Notes: generated by a model not told the origin, from the letters alone. A DNA stretch of 25,613 nucleotides from Solirubrobacteraceae bacterium (GCA_035551055.1 DASZOA010000051.1:1-25613), one strand, 5' to 3'; counted from the stretch's first letter, positions 1 to 7,990 are shown. A program made the numbers and translations.

Positions 1-1
1 C

Positions 2-301
2 GGCGCGCCGGTGATCAACATCCACCACTCGTTCCTGCCCGCCTTCGCCGGCTCGGACCCGTACCAGCGTGCGCGCGAGCGCGGCGTCAAGCTCATCGGC
101 GCGACCGCGCACTACGCGACCGAGGACCTCGACGAGGGACCGATCATCGAGCAGGACGTCGTGCGCGTCAGCCACCGGCTGACCGCCGAGGCGCTCGAGC
201 GCCGCGGCGCGGACGTCGAGCGCAGCGTCCTGGCCCGCGCTGTGCAGTGGCACTGCGAGGAGCGCGTCGTGCGCGCCGGGGAGCGGACGATCGTCTTCTG
301 A
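2..301 (+). CDS. purU: Formyltetrahydrofolate deformylase, C-terminal part (5' end outside the window)
   Basis: Translation [46 protein letters not shown] is the typical PurU formyltransferase C-terminus. The frame is open to the window edge. Confidence 0.93.
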   Translation, partial: GAPVINIHHSFLPAFAGSDPYQRARERGVKLIGATAHYATEDLDEGPIIEQDVVRVSHRLTAEALERRGADVERSVLARAVQWHCEERVVRAGERTIVF

Positions 302-306
302 CCGGC

Positions 307-1095
307 TCACCCGACGTCGCGCGTCGAGCGCGGGAGCGCGACGAGCCGGTGGTCGGGCGTGAACAGCCGCCCCACCGCGCCGAGCGCGGTGATCGCGGTC
401 GTCGTCGCGACCGCGCCGAGGATGAGGTACATGAGCGCGAGCTGGACGAGCACGGCGTCGACGGGGTCGACCCCGGCGAGTATCAGCCCGGTCATCGCGC
501 CCGGCAGGAAGACGATCCCGAGCGCCTTCGTGTTCTCGATCTGCGGCGACAGCGCCGTGCGCAGCGCCCTGCGCACCGTCGGCCGCGCAGCCGCCGTCGA
601 CGGCTGGCCGAGCGCGAGCCGCGCCTCCACCTCGGCGCGGCCCTCCGCGAGCGCGTCGACGAGCCGGTCGGCGGCGACGACCGCCGACTTCATCGAGTTG
701 CCGACGAGCATCCCCGCGATCGGCACGAGCGTGCGCCCCTCGACGGGGAAGATCTGCAGCCCGAACGCGACCGCGAAGCCGATCGCCGCCGTGACCCCGT
801 TGGCGGCGCGCGCGATCCAGAACAGGCCGGGGACGGCGGGCGCGCGCCGGCGCACCGTCGCGGCCGCGAAGACGACGATCCCCGCGATCCACAGCCACGA
901 CCAGATCAGCGGCGTCCCGGGGTCGATGACGATCGCCAGCGCGGCGCCGACGATCAGCAGCTGCACGAGCCCGCGCACGACCGCGACGACGATCTCGCGG
1001 TCGATGCGCAGGCGCAGGCGCAGGCTGATCGCCAGCGCGATCGCCACCAGCAGCAGCGAGGCGACGAGCCCGAGCGGGCTGACGTCACCTTCCAT
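307..1095 (-). CDS. fetB: ABC transporter permease, FetB/YbbM (UPF0014) family
   Basis: Multi-TM protein with family motifs R..VQL..VG, P..GM..GN.M, E.EA.LALG, K..G.V.LPGAMTG.IL.G.DP..AV..Q. Overlaps the upstream ATPase by 11 nt. Confidence 0.85.
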   Translation of the reverse strand: MEGDVSPLGLVASLLLVAIALAISLRLRLRIDREIVVAVVRGLVQLLIVGAALAIVIDPGTPLIWSWLWIAGIVVFAAATVRRRAPAVPGLFWIARAANGVTAAIGFAVAFGLQIFPVEGRTLVPIAGMLVGNSMKSAVVAADRLVDALAEGRAEVEARLALGQPSTAAARPTVRRALRTALSPQIENTKALGIVFLPGAMTGLILAGVDPVDAVLVQLALMYLILGAVATTTAITALGAVGRLFTPDHRLVALPRSTRDVG

Positions 1096-1762
1096 CGCCG
1101 AGCACCTCCAGCGATGAGCCGCTGCGGTCCACGCGCCCGCCCGCGAGCAGCAGCACGTGGTCGCCGAGCCGCCGCATCTGCTCCTCGTCGTGCGTGACCC
1201 AGACGACCGGGATGTCGTCGTCGGCGAGCTGGCGGCCGAGCCGCTCGAGTACCCCCGCCGCCCGGGCGTCCAGCGAGGACGTCGGCTCGTCCATGAGCAG
1301 CACGCGCGGGTTCGTGGCGAGCGCTCGCGCCAGGCAGGCGCGCTGTGCCTCGCCGCCCGACAGCTCGCCGCCGTCGCGCTCCAGGAAGCCGGCGTCCAGC
1401 GCGACGCGCTCGAGCAGCTCAGCCGCGCGCTGCACGTCGCAGTCGGGCTGGGCCTCGCGGAGGTTGTCGTACACCGTGCCCGGGAACATCACCGGGCGCT
1501 GGAAGACCATCGCGACCTCGCGCCGCAGCTCGAGCGGGTCGCGCTGCGTGACGTCGGTGCCGCGGTGGCGGACGATCCCCTCGCTCGGCACCTCGAGGCG
1601 GTTGCACAGCCGCAGCAGCGTCGACTTGCCCGAGCCCGAGGGCCCGGCGATGACCGTCACCCCGTCGTGCGGCAGCTCGGCGTCGAGGCCGTCGAGCCTG
1701 CGCACGCCGGCCGGCCCCACGCTGACGGACTCGAAGCTGAACAGCGGCGCCGGCTCGGACAC
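1085..1762 (-). CDS. fetA: ABC transporter ATP-binding subunit, FetA/YbbL-like
   Basis: Walker A GPSGSGKST, signature LSGGEAQR, Walker B LLMDE, H-loop VTHD. Coupled to fetB. GTG start lies 6 nt after a -10-like GATACT, so probably leaderless. Confidence 0.8.
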   Translation of the reverse strand: MSEPAPLFSFESVSVGPAGVRRLDGLDAELPHDGVTVIAGPSGSGKSTLLRLCNRLEVPSEGIVRHRGTDVTQRDPLELRREVAMVFQRPVMFPGTVYDNLREAQPDCDVQRAAELLERVALDAGFLERDGGELSGGEAQRACLARALATNPRVLLMDEPTSSLDARAAGVLERLGRQLADDDIPVVWVTHDEEQMRRLGDHVLLLAGGRVDRSGSSLEVLGDGR

Positions 1763-1806
1763 CGCCGCAGTATCGCCGAGGCCCCGCGTGCAACCAGTTA
1801 GGCCGG

Positions 1807-1826
1807 TCGGGCACCGCGGCGCCCGA
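1807..1826 (-). terminator. Possible intrinsic terminator hairpin after the release-factor homolog
   Basis: Minus strand reads tcgggcgc-cgcg-gtgcccga (8-bp stem with one G-U), 14 nt after the stop. No U-tract. Confidence 0.3.
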
Positions 1827-1840
1827 GGACGACGCTCAGA

Positions 1841-2923
1841 TCAGAACCGCAGCAGCGCGGCGATCCAGCCGTGCCGCTCGAGCTCCTCGCCGTGGTGGCG
1901 CAGCGGCACGATCTCGGCGGACTGGGCGGCGGCGTCCTCGATCGCCTGCTCGAGCACGCCCGGATCGGGCGACGCGAAGCCGTCCTGGTATAGCAGCGTC
2001 TCCACGCGCGCCTGCTCGAGCATCGCGCGGACGTCGTCGACGCCGGCCGCCGCGCGCTCGCCGCGGCCCAGGCCCTGGGCGAGCCGGTCGAGCAGCTCGC
2101 GCTCGTGGCGGCGCTCGTGCTCCTCGAAGCACGGCATCGCGGCCACGCGCACGTCGTCGGGCGCGGTGTCGGACACGTCGACCTCGAAGCGGCCCGCGAG
2201 CCGCTCGCGCGCAGGGCTGCTCAGGTGCTGCTGCTCGAACCGCGAGGCGATCTCGTCGGGGCCGCCGACCAGGACGCGGTCGAAGCGCCCGCTCGCCAGC
2301 CGGCGGTCCACCTGCGCCGCCGCCGCCTTGAGGTTGTCGTCGATCTGGTGCTCGACCCAGCGCTGGTGGTCGCTCGTGCTCTGCCCCTCGTGCTGGCCGG
2401 CGACGGCGTCCTTGTCGTGCTCGAACTCGACGAGGTAGTCCGTGTTGCCGTGCAGGAAGCGCGCATGGTGGGCGTCGACGAGGACGATCAGCCAGTCGCG
2501 GACGTCGCCGGCGACGAGCAGGGGCGTGACGTACGGCGAGTCGTCGATCACGACGCGGGTGCGCGGCGGGCGCGGCAGCGTGTGGGCCTCGAAGAACCCG
2601 GCCGCCGATGCCGCGAAGATCGCGAGCCCGCGCCCGCGCTTGGGGCGGTAGGCGTCGAGGAACCCGCTCACCCGCTCCAGGTCGGCGCGCAGCGAGGCGC
2701 GCCCGTCGTGGTCGGTGTCGTGCTCCTCGATGCGCTTGTGCGCCTCGTCGAGCAGCGAGGTGTAGGCCGAGCGGCGCGCGCGCTGAGTGCCGAACTCGCT
2801 CGGGTCGAGGTCGCGGTACAGGCTGAGCACCGGAACGCCGGGACGCAGCGCGCCCAGCCGGTGCAGGTTCTCTGCGAGCAGCGGCGCGGCATCGACGTAG
2901 CCCGCCGTCGTCGACGTGTCCAT
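1841..2923 (-). CDS. Bacterial archaeo-eukaryotic release factor homolog (aeRF1/Vms1/baeRF10-like), 360 aa
   Basis: Three-domain eRF1 layout: N-term VLSLY.DLDP and GLAIFA, SPYV.PL, LIVLVD..HAR, GG..E, and an L7Ae-like C-terminus ending IAALLRF. ATG at 2923 chosen because a promoter motif lies just upstream. Confidence 0.8.
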   Translation of the reverse strand: MDTSTTAGYVDAAPLLAENLHRLGALRPGVPVLSLYRDLDPSEFGTQRARRSAYTSLLDEAHKRIEEHDTDHDGRASLRADLERVSGFLDAYRPKRGRGLAIFAASAAGFFEAHTLPRPPRTRVVIDDSPYVTPLLVAGDVRDWLIVLVDAHHARFLHGNTDYLVEFEHDKDAVAGQHEGQSTSDHQRWVEHQIDDNLKAAAAQVDRRLASGRFDRVLVGGPDEIASRFEQQHLSSPARERLAGRFEVDVSDTAPDDVRVAAMPCFEEHERRHERELLDRLAQGLGRGERAAAGVDDVRAMLEQARVETLLYQDGFASPDPGVLEQAIEDAAAQSAEIVPLRHHGEELERHGWIAALLRF

Positions 2924-2932
2924 CCCCCGCGG

Positions 2933-2957
2933 ATACCCGGCGCGGCGCCCGGCGAAC
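2933..2957 (-). promoter_or_regulatory. SigB/SigF-type promoter GTTC-N15-GGGTAT
   Basis: Minus strand GTTC gccgggcgccgcgcc GGGTAT, 9 nt before the ATG at 2923. Resembles the SigB/SigF-family consensus. Confidence 0.55.
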
Positions 2958-2975
2958 GGCCACCCCGCCACGCGC

Positions 2976-2992
2976 TATCGTCTAATTGCAAT
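2976..2992 (+). promoter_or_regulatory. -10 hexamer TATCGT followed by the AT-rich palindrome ATTGCAAT (candidate operator)
   Basis: TATCGT at 2976-2981 and a perfect 8-bp palindrome at 2985-2992. SD GAGGAG lies just before the ATG at 3018. Confidence 0.4.
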
Positions 2993-3017
2993 CGGTGATC
3001 GGCCCTTTGAGGAGCGG

Positions 3018-3482
3018 ATGGTTCACTCGCAGCTTCCCTGGTTCGTCGGCGGCCCGCTGCTCGGGCTGTGCGTCGTGGCGATGCGCTGGCTCATGAACGA
3101 GCGCCTCGGCGTGATGGGCGGCTGGACCGACGTCGTGCGCACGCTCGCCGCGCGCCGCCTGTCGTTCGGCCCCTTCGGCTGGATGCTGCTCGGCCTGATC
3201 GGCGGCGCCGCCGCCTACGCGCTCGTCGCCGGCGGCCCGGTGTTCCACGGCTACGGCTGGCTGACCGCGACGTTCACGGGCGCCGGCGGGGCGGTCGTCG
3301 TCGTCGCGATCCTGCTCGCGTGCGGCCTGCTGATCGGGCTCGGCACGAAGATCGCGGGCGGCTGCACGTCGGGCAACGGGCTGAGCGGCAACGCGATGGC
3401 GTCGCCCGCCAGTCTCGTCGCGACGGTGACGTTCTTCGTCACCGCGATCGTCGTCACGTTCGTCACCGAGGCGCTGATCTAG
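3018..3482 (+). CDS. YeeE/YedE (TsuA-like) sulfur-compound transporter, first half, 154 aa
   Basis: PW..GG.LLG start, G..LIG.GT..AGGCTSG.G motif with the conserved Cys, hydrophobic. SD GAGGAG before ATG 3018. Confidence 0.85.
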   Translation: MVHSQLPWFVGGPLLGLCVVAMRWLMNERLGVMGGWTDVVRTLAARRLSFGPFGWMLLGLIGGAAAYALVAGGPVFHGYGWLTATFTGAGGAVVVVAILLACGLLIGLGTKIAGGCTSGNGLSGNAMASPASLVATVTFFVTAIVVTFVTEALI

Positions 3483-3961
3483 TGCGCACGCGCGTCGCCG
3501 CAGCGCTGATCGGCGTCGTCTTCGGCGTCGTGCTGGCGTGGTCGGGGCTGATGAGCCCCGACGTCATCCGCGCGGGGCTGCTCTTCGAGAGCTCCTACCT
3601 GTTCCTGTTCTTCGGCGGCGCGGTCACGACGGCGTTCGCCGGGCTGTGGCTGCTGCGGCGGCGCGCGCCGCGTGCGCCGCTGACCGGCGAGCGCGTGCAG
3701 TGGGAGCCGGTCAGGCCCGAGCGGCGCCACGTCGCCGGCAGCGTGCTCTTCGGCATCGGTTGGGGCGTCGCCGGCGCGTGTCCCGGGCCGATCGCCGCCC
3801 AGCTTGGTCAGGGCATCGCGTGGGGCCTGCCGACGACGATCGGGCTCGTCCTGGGGATTGTGCTGTTCGGACGTCTGCAGGCGCGCGCACAGGCGCGGCC
3901 GGAGCGATCGGCCGCCGGCTCGGTGATCCCGCCGCCGGCCGCCGCCGACGCGACGGCGTAG
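3482..3961 (+). CDS. YeeE/YedE family membrane protein, second half, 159 aa
   Basis: G..FG..L..SG...P.VI, G..LFGIGWG.AGACPGP motif. The GTG start overlaps the upstream stop (TAGTG). Confidence 0.85.
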   Translation: MRTRVAAALIGVVFGVVLAWSGLMSPDVIRAGLLFESSYLFLFFGGAVTTAFAGLWLLRRRAPRAPLTGERVQWEPVRPERRHVAGSVLFGIGWGVAGACPGPIAAQLGQGIAWGLPTTIGLVLGIVLFGRLQARAQARPERSAAGSVIPPPAAADATA

Positions 3962-4007
3962 CCCGGACCTCGCGACGCCGCCGCCCAGGACACCGGCGCG
4001 TGCCCGC

Positions 4008-4997
4008 TCAGCGCGGCGCCCGCGGCCCGCCGGCAACGATGGCGCGCCCGGTCGGTCGCAGCTCGGCGTCGAGCTCGAGCTGCCAGAAGTAGCGCGTGAA
4101 CGAGTGGCCGTGGGCGAAGTCGCCGACGTGCGGCTCGATCCGCTCCCCGCGCGCCATCCGCACGATCAGCTCGGGGTAGGTGCGACCCGGCCGCGCCGCG
4201 TACATCGGCGCCGGGAAGGCGCCGCCGAAGCGCGTGTTGACGTCGGTGATGGCGAGCCCGAGCTCGGGATCGCGGAAGGCCTGCACCGTGCACGGCCCGC
4301 GCACGCCGAGCGCCTCGCCGACCGCCCGCCCGAGGTCGATCAGCTCCTCGTCGTGGATGACGGTGCCCTTGATCGACTCGCCCCCGCGCGACTCGATCAT
4401 CGTGCGCGGGATCGCGTTCAGACAGCGCCCGTCGAGGTCGCCCAACAGGTCGATCGAGAACTCCGGCCCGCCCATCAGCCGCTGGATCATGACGGGCTCC
4501 TTGACGTAGCCGACGAAGAACTCCATCTCGCCGCGATCGGCCGCCGCATGGATCGAGCGCGCGCCCGACCCGCGGCGCGGCTTGACCATCACCGGGAAGG
4601 ACTCCGGCTGCTGGCCCGGCAGCACCGTCGGCGGCGACGGCAGCCGGTGCGACAGCAGGAGGTGGTGGGCCTCGTACTTGTCGAACGTGGCGCGCGCGAC
4701 CTCGGCCGACGGCACGAAGCTCGGCAGCGCGTCGCCGGCCGCTGCGAGGACCTCGATGTCGAGGTCGGTCAGCGGGACGACCGCGCGCACGCCGTGCGCG
4801 GCGGCGAGCCGCTCGAGGAACGGGATGTAGCCGGGGTCGTCGAACCGCGGCGGCGCGACGTGCAGGTCGGCGGCGTAGCGCGCCGGTGCGAGCGGATTGG
4901 GGTCGGCGGCGATCGTAAACGCGTGCTCGCCGAAGGCGCTGACGATGTCGTAGCGCTTGCCGACGCCGGTCAGCAGGACCGCGACGCGCTCAGCCAC
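4008..4997 (-). CDS. ATP-grasp domain protein (PylC/carbamoyl-phosphate-synthase-like ligase), 329 aa
   Basis: N-term VLLTGVG.R, DK..AH, VKPR.GSG.RSI, Q....G.EFSID, D.N.RFGG. Overlaps comA by 8 nt. Confidence 0.8.
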   Translation of the reverse strand: MAERVAVLLTGVGKRYDIVSAFGEHAFTIAADPNPLAPARYAADLHVAPPRFDDPGYIPFLERLAAAHGVRAVVPLTDLDIEVLAAAGDALPSFVPSAEVARATFDKYEAHHLLLSHRLPSPPTVLPGQQPESFPVMVKPRRGSGARSIHAAADRGEMEFFVGYVKEPVMIQRLMGGPEFSIDLLGDLDGRCLNAIPRTMIESRGGESIKGTVIHDEELIDLGRAVGEALGVRGPCTVQAFRDPELGLAITDVNTRFGGAFPAPMYAARPGRTYPELIVRMARGERIEPHVGDFAHGHSFTRYFWQLELDAELRPTGRAIVAGGPRAPR

Positions 4998-5763
4998 CGT
5001 CGTCCGGCGGGCGGTGGAAGCGCGTGAGCGTGTCGGCCCGCAGGCCGAGGCGCAGCGTCTCGAGCGACAGCACCTCGGCGGGCGGCACGTTGCCGAGGTT
5101 CACGTCGGCGCCGTAGCGCTCGATCAGCCACACCTGCTGGTGCTTGCGGGGCGCCTCGAAGACGAGCTTGCCGCGGTCGACCTCGTGGACGATCTCGTCG
5201 ATCAGCCCGGTGCGCGCCTCGCCGTCGGGCCGGTACAGCCCCGCGGTCCCGGTCGCGCGGCCCTCGCAGACGACGAGCTGCGCGCCGGCGTCGAGCGCCT
5301 CGCGGATGAGCGCCACCCAGCGGTAGGGGGCCATGAGCGCGTTCGGGTCCTTCTCCCCCACCTCCGCATAGACGGTGTAGCGGGCGGCGAGGCGCTCGAT
5401 CAGCTCCGCCTTCTCGCCCGGTGGGATCGCGACGACGCCGCTGGACACCTCGAGCGCGTCGATGCCGAGCTCGTCGAGCCACGCGCACAGCTCGTCGACG
5501 CGGCCGTGCAGCCAGGCCAGCTCGGTCAGCGTGCCGCCGAGCATGACCGGCACGCCGTGCGCGCGGTAGGCGGCGAGCTTGGCGTGGAGGTCGGCCGTGA
5601 CGTAGGCCGAGCCCCAGCCGAGGCGGACCATGTCGATATGCGCCGCGGCCTGGCGCAGGAGCCCGTCGACCTCCGACGTGCTCAGGCCGGTGTCGATGAC
5701 GTGCGTCAGCCCGGCCGCGCGCGGCTTGGGCTTGCGCTCGGGCAGCGGCAGGAAGTCCGGCAT
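4990..5763 (-). CDS. comA: Phosphosulfolactate synthase (ComA family), 257 aa
   Basis: R..KPR..GLT.VID.G, (K/R).GWG(T/S), GGTL.E, E.S.G, EVG.K, E.R..G..GLY, FEAP...QQ.W.I..YG..VNLGN......LSLE.LR.GLR.DT. This is the full ComA signature set. Confidence 0.92.
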   Translation of the reverse strand: MPDFLPLPERKPKPRAAGLTHVIDTGLSTSEVDGLLRQAAAHIDMVRLGWGSAYVTADLHAKLAAYRAHGVPVMLGGTLTELAWLHGRVDELCAWLDELGIDALEVSSGVVAIPPGEKAELIERLAARYTVYAEVGEKDPNALMAPYRWVALIREALDAGAQLVVCEGRATGTAGLYRPDGEARTGLIDEIVHEVDRGKLVFEAPRKHQQVWLIERYGADVNLGNVPPAEVLSLETLRLGLRADTLTRFHRPPDDGG

Positions 5764-5801
5764 GACGCGCCGCAGGCTATCGGCGCCACCCGTCGGCCGA
5801 C

Positions 5802-7499
5802 CTATCCGGTGACGCGCGCGACCTCGGCGAGCGTCGTCTCGCCCGCGCGGACCTTCTCCAGCCCGTCCTCGTGCAGCGTGCGCATGCCCTGCTCGATCGC
5901 CACGGCGGCGATCTTCCCGGCGGTCGCGCGGGCGACGATGAGCGCGCGGATCTCGTCGGTCACGGTCATGACCTCGAAGAGCCCGACGCGCCCGCGGTAG
6001 CCCGTCGAGCGGCAGCGCGTGCAGCCGACGGGCTCGTAGATCTGCCCCTCGATCGCGGGCTCGACGATCGGCTGCGCGCCGGCCGCGGCGGCCGGGCGCC
6101 GGCAGCTCGTGCAGAGCCTGCGGGCGAGGCGCTGGGCGATCACGCAGTCGAGCGCCGAGGCCACGAGGTAGGGCTCGACGCCCATGTCGATGAGCCGCGC
6201 CGGCGCGGCCGGGGCGCTGTTGGTGTGCAGCGTCGAGAGGACGAGATGGCCCGTCAGGGCGGCCTCGATCGCGATCTTCGCGCTCTCGCGGTCGCGCATC
6301 TCGCCGACCATGATGATGTCGGGGTCGGCGCGCACGATCGCGCGCAGGCCGGTGGCGAAGCTCAGCCCGGCGCGCTCGAAGACCTGCATCTGCTTGACGT
6401 CGGGCAGGCGGTACTCGACCGGGTCCTCGATCGTCATCAGCGTCTTCTCGGGGGTGCTGACGACGCCGGCCGCGGCGTACAGCGAGGTCGACTTGCCCGA
6501 CCCCGTCGGCCCGGTCGCGAGGATCGCGCCGTGCGAGCGGCGCAGCGCCGCCTCGACGCGCACGCGGTCGCGATCGCCCATCCCGAGCTCGCCGAGCGAC
6601 AGCGGCCCGATGCCGGGATCGAGCACGCGCAGCACCGCCGACTCGCCGGCGACGAGCGGCACGATCGTCACGCGGATGTCGATCCGGCGGCCGTCGAGCG
6701 TGAGGCTCGTGCGGCCGTCCTGCGGCAGCCGGCGCTCGGAGATGTCCAGGTCGCTGAGGATCTTGATCCGCGAGATCACCTTCGCTGCCTGGCGGCGCGG
6801 GACCGTCGTCGCGTCCGCCATCAGCCCGTCGAGTCGGTAGCGGACGCGCAGATCGCCGTCGTGCGGATCGAAGTGCACGTCGGACGCGCCCTGCTCGATC
6901 GCCTGCGAGATGATCGAGCGCACGAGCTTGACCGTCGGCGCGTCGTCGGCCGACGCCTCGAGCAGGCTCTCGACGTCCGTCCGCTCCTCCTCGGGCTCGG
7001 TCTCGAGGATCTCGTCGACGTCGTCCTCGAGGCGGTTGACGCGCTGCAGCAGCACGTCGAGGTCCTCGCGCGATACGACGACCGGCTCGACGCGCAGGTC
7101 GGTCAGCATCGCGAGGTCGTCGAGCGCGAGCACGTTCGTCGGGTTGACCATCGCGACGAGCAGCGTGCCGCCGTCGCGAACGGCGATCGGGACGGCGTCC
7201 AGGCGGCGCAGCGCGACCGCCGGGACGAGGTGCAGCGCGGCCACGTCCGGCTCAAGCGTCTCGAGGCTGACGTGCTGCAGGCCGAAGCGCTCGGCGACGC
7301 CGATCGCGAGCTGGTCGCCGGTCACCGCGCCCCACTCGAGCAGCACCTGCCCCATCGGGCGGCCGGCCTCGCGCGCGTCGAGGACGGCGCTCTCGACGGT
7401 CTCGCGGTCGCAGAAGCCGAGCCCGACGAGCACGTCGCCGAGCAGGCGGCCGGGTCGCGAGCGGATCATCGTCGGGTCTGGCAGTGGCGTGGGCGACAT
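5802..7499 (-). CDS. GspE/PulE/PilB-family secretion or pilus assembly ATPase with N-terminal MshEN-like repeats, 565 aa
   Basis: ASDVHF.P, ERRLPQDGR, Walker A GPTGSGKST, TIEDPVEY, R.DPD.IMVGE.RD, LTGHLVLSTLHTN, QRL.R.LC..C, GC..C..TGYRGR tetracysteine. Confidence 0.92.
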   Translation of the reverse strand: MSPTPLPDPTMIRSRPGRLLGDVLVGLGFCDRETVESAVLDAREAGRPMGQVLLEWGAVTGDQLAIGVAERFGLQHVSLETLEPDVAALHLVPAVALRRLDAVPIAVRDGGTLLVAMVNPTNVLALDDLAMLTDLRVEPVVVSREDLDVLLQRVNRLEDDVDEILETEPEEERTDVESLLEASADDAPTVKLVRSIISQAIEQGASDVHFDPHDGDLRVRYRLDGLMADATTVPRRQAAKVISRIKILSDLDISERRLPQDGRTSLTLDGRRIDIRVTIVPLVAGESAVLRVLDPGIGPLSLGELGMGDRDRVRVEAALRRSHGAILATGPTGSGKSTSLYAAAGVVSTPEKTLMTIEDPVEYRLPDVKQMQVFERAGLSFATGLRAIVRADPDIIMVGEMRDRESAKIAIEAALTGHLVLSTLHTNSAPAAPARLIDMGVEPYLVASALDCVIAQRLARRLCTSCRRPAAAAGAQPIVEPAIEGQIYEPVGCTRCRSTGYRGRVGLFEVMTVTDEIRALIVARATAGKIAAVAIEQGMRTLHEDGLEKVRAGETTLAEVARVTG

Positions 7500-7507
7500 C
7501 GGATCTC

Positions 7508-7534
7508 ATATCGGCACGCCGCCGAGATCCTCGA
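7508..7534 (-). promoter_or_regulatory. Sigma28 (FliA/WhiG)-like promoter TCGAG-N14-GCCGATAT
   Basis: Matches the geometry of TAAAG-N14-GCCGATAA. The -10 ends 8 nt before ATG 7499, implying a leaderless mRNA. Confidence 0.45.
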
Positions 7535-7555
7535 ATCGCCGCTGACCGCCCTGGC

Positions 7556-7581
7556 GGAACGTCGGCGGCATTTCGGGGTAG
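7556..7581 (+). promoter_or_regulatory. SigB/SigF-type promoter GGAAC-N15-GGGTAG
   Basis: GGAAC at 7556-7560 and GGGTAG at 7576-7581, 10 nt before ATG 7592. Confidence 0.45.
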
Positions 7582-7591
7582 CAAGCGGAAG

Positions 7592-7990
7592 ATGGCAAGG
7601 GGGGCCTCCACCGCGGAGCGCGTCGTCGAGCTGCCGGCCACGGCCGCCGCGGCCGGGATCGCGCGGCGCGAGCTCGCCGCCACGCCGGGGATCGCGGGCA
7701 AGATCGGCTACAAGGTGCTGCTGCTGGCCTCCGAGCTGATCGCCGTCTTCGTCGCCGACGCCGAGCCGCGGCCCGGCGAGGTGCTGCGACTGTCGGCTTC
7801 GGTGACGGGCGACCGCGTGCGGATCGAGATCAGCGGACACGCCCCGGGAGTCTCGGCCGACGAGCTGCTGCATTCGCGCGAGACGCCGTCGCTGGGCGGC
7901 TACGGGCTGCGCATCGTCGAACGGATGGCCGACGCGTGGGGCGTCGCGGGCGACGGCGGCGCGCGGCTGTGGTTCGAGGTCGCGCGGTAG
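7592..7990 (+). CDS. RsbW/anti-sigma-like HATPase_c protein with degenerate ATP-binding boxes, 132 aa
   Basis: LPA...A...ARR.L, LL.SEL, D.VRIE.S, GGYGL.IV..MAD.WGV, LWFEV pattern of small actinobacterial RsbW-like proteins. Confidence 0.75.
   Translation: MARGASTAERVVELPATAAAAGIARRELAATPGIAGKIGYKVLLLASELIAVFVADAEPRPGEVLRLSASVTGDRVRIEISGHAPGVSADELLHSRETPSLGGYGLRIVERMADAWGVAGDGGARLWFEVAR

Noticed and set aside
5776-5802. Third GCCGATA motif upstream of comA, plus the palindrome gtcggccgac
   Set aside because: No -35 resembling the other two at 14-nt spacing. It is better explained by the overlapping housekeeping -10 TAGCCT.
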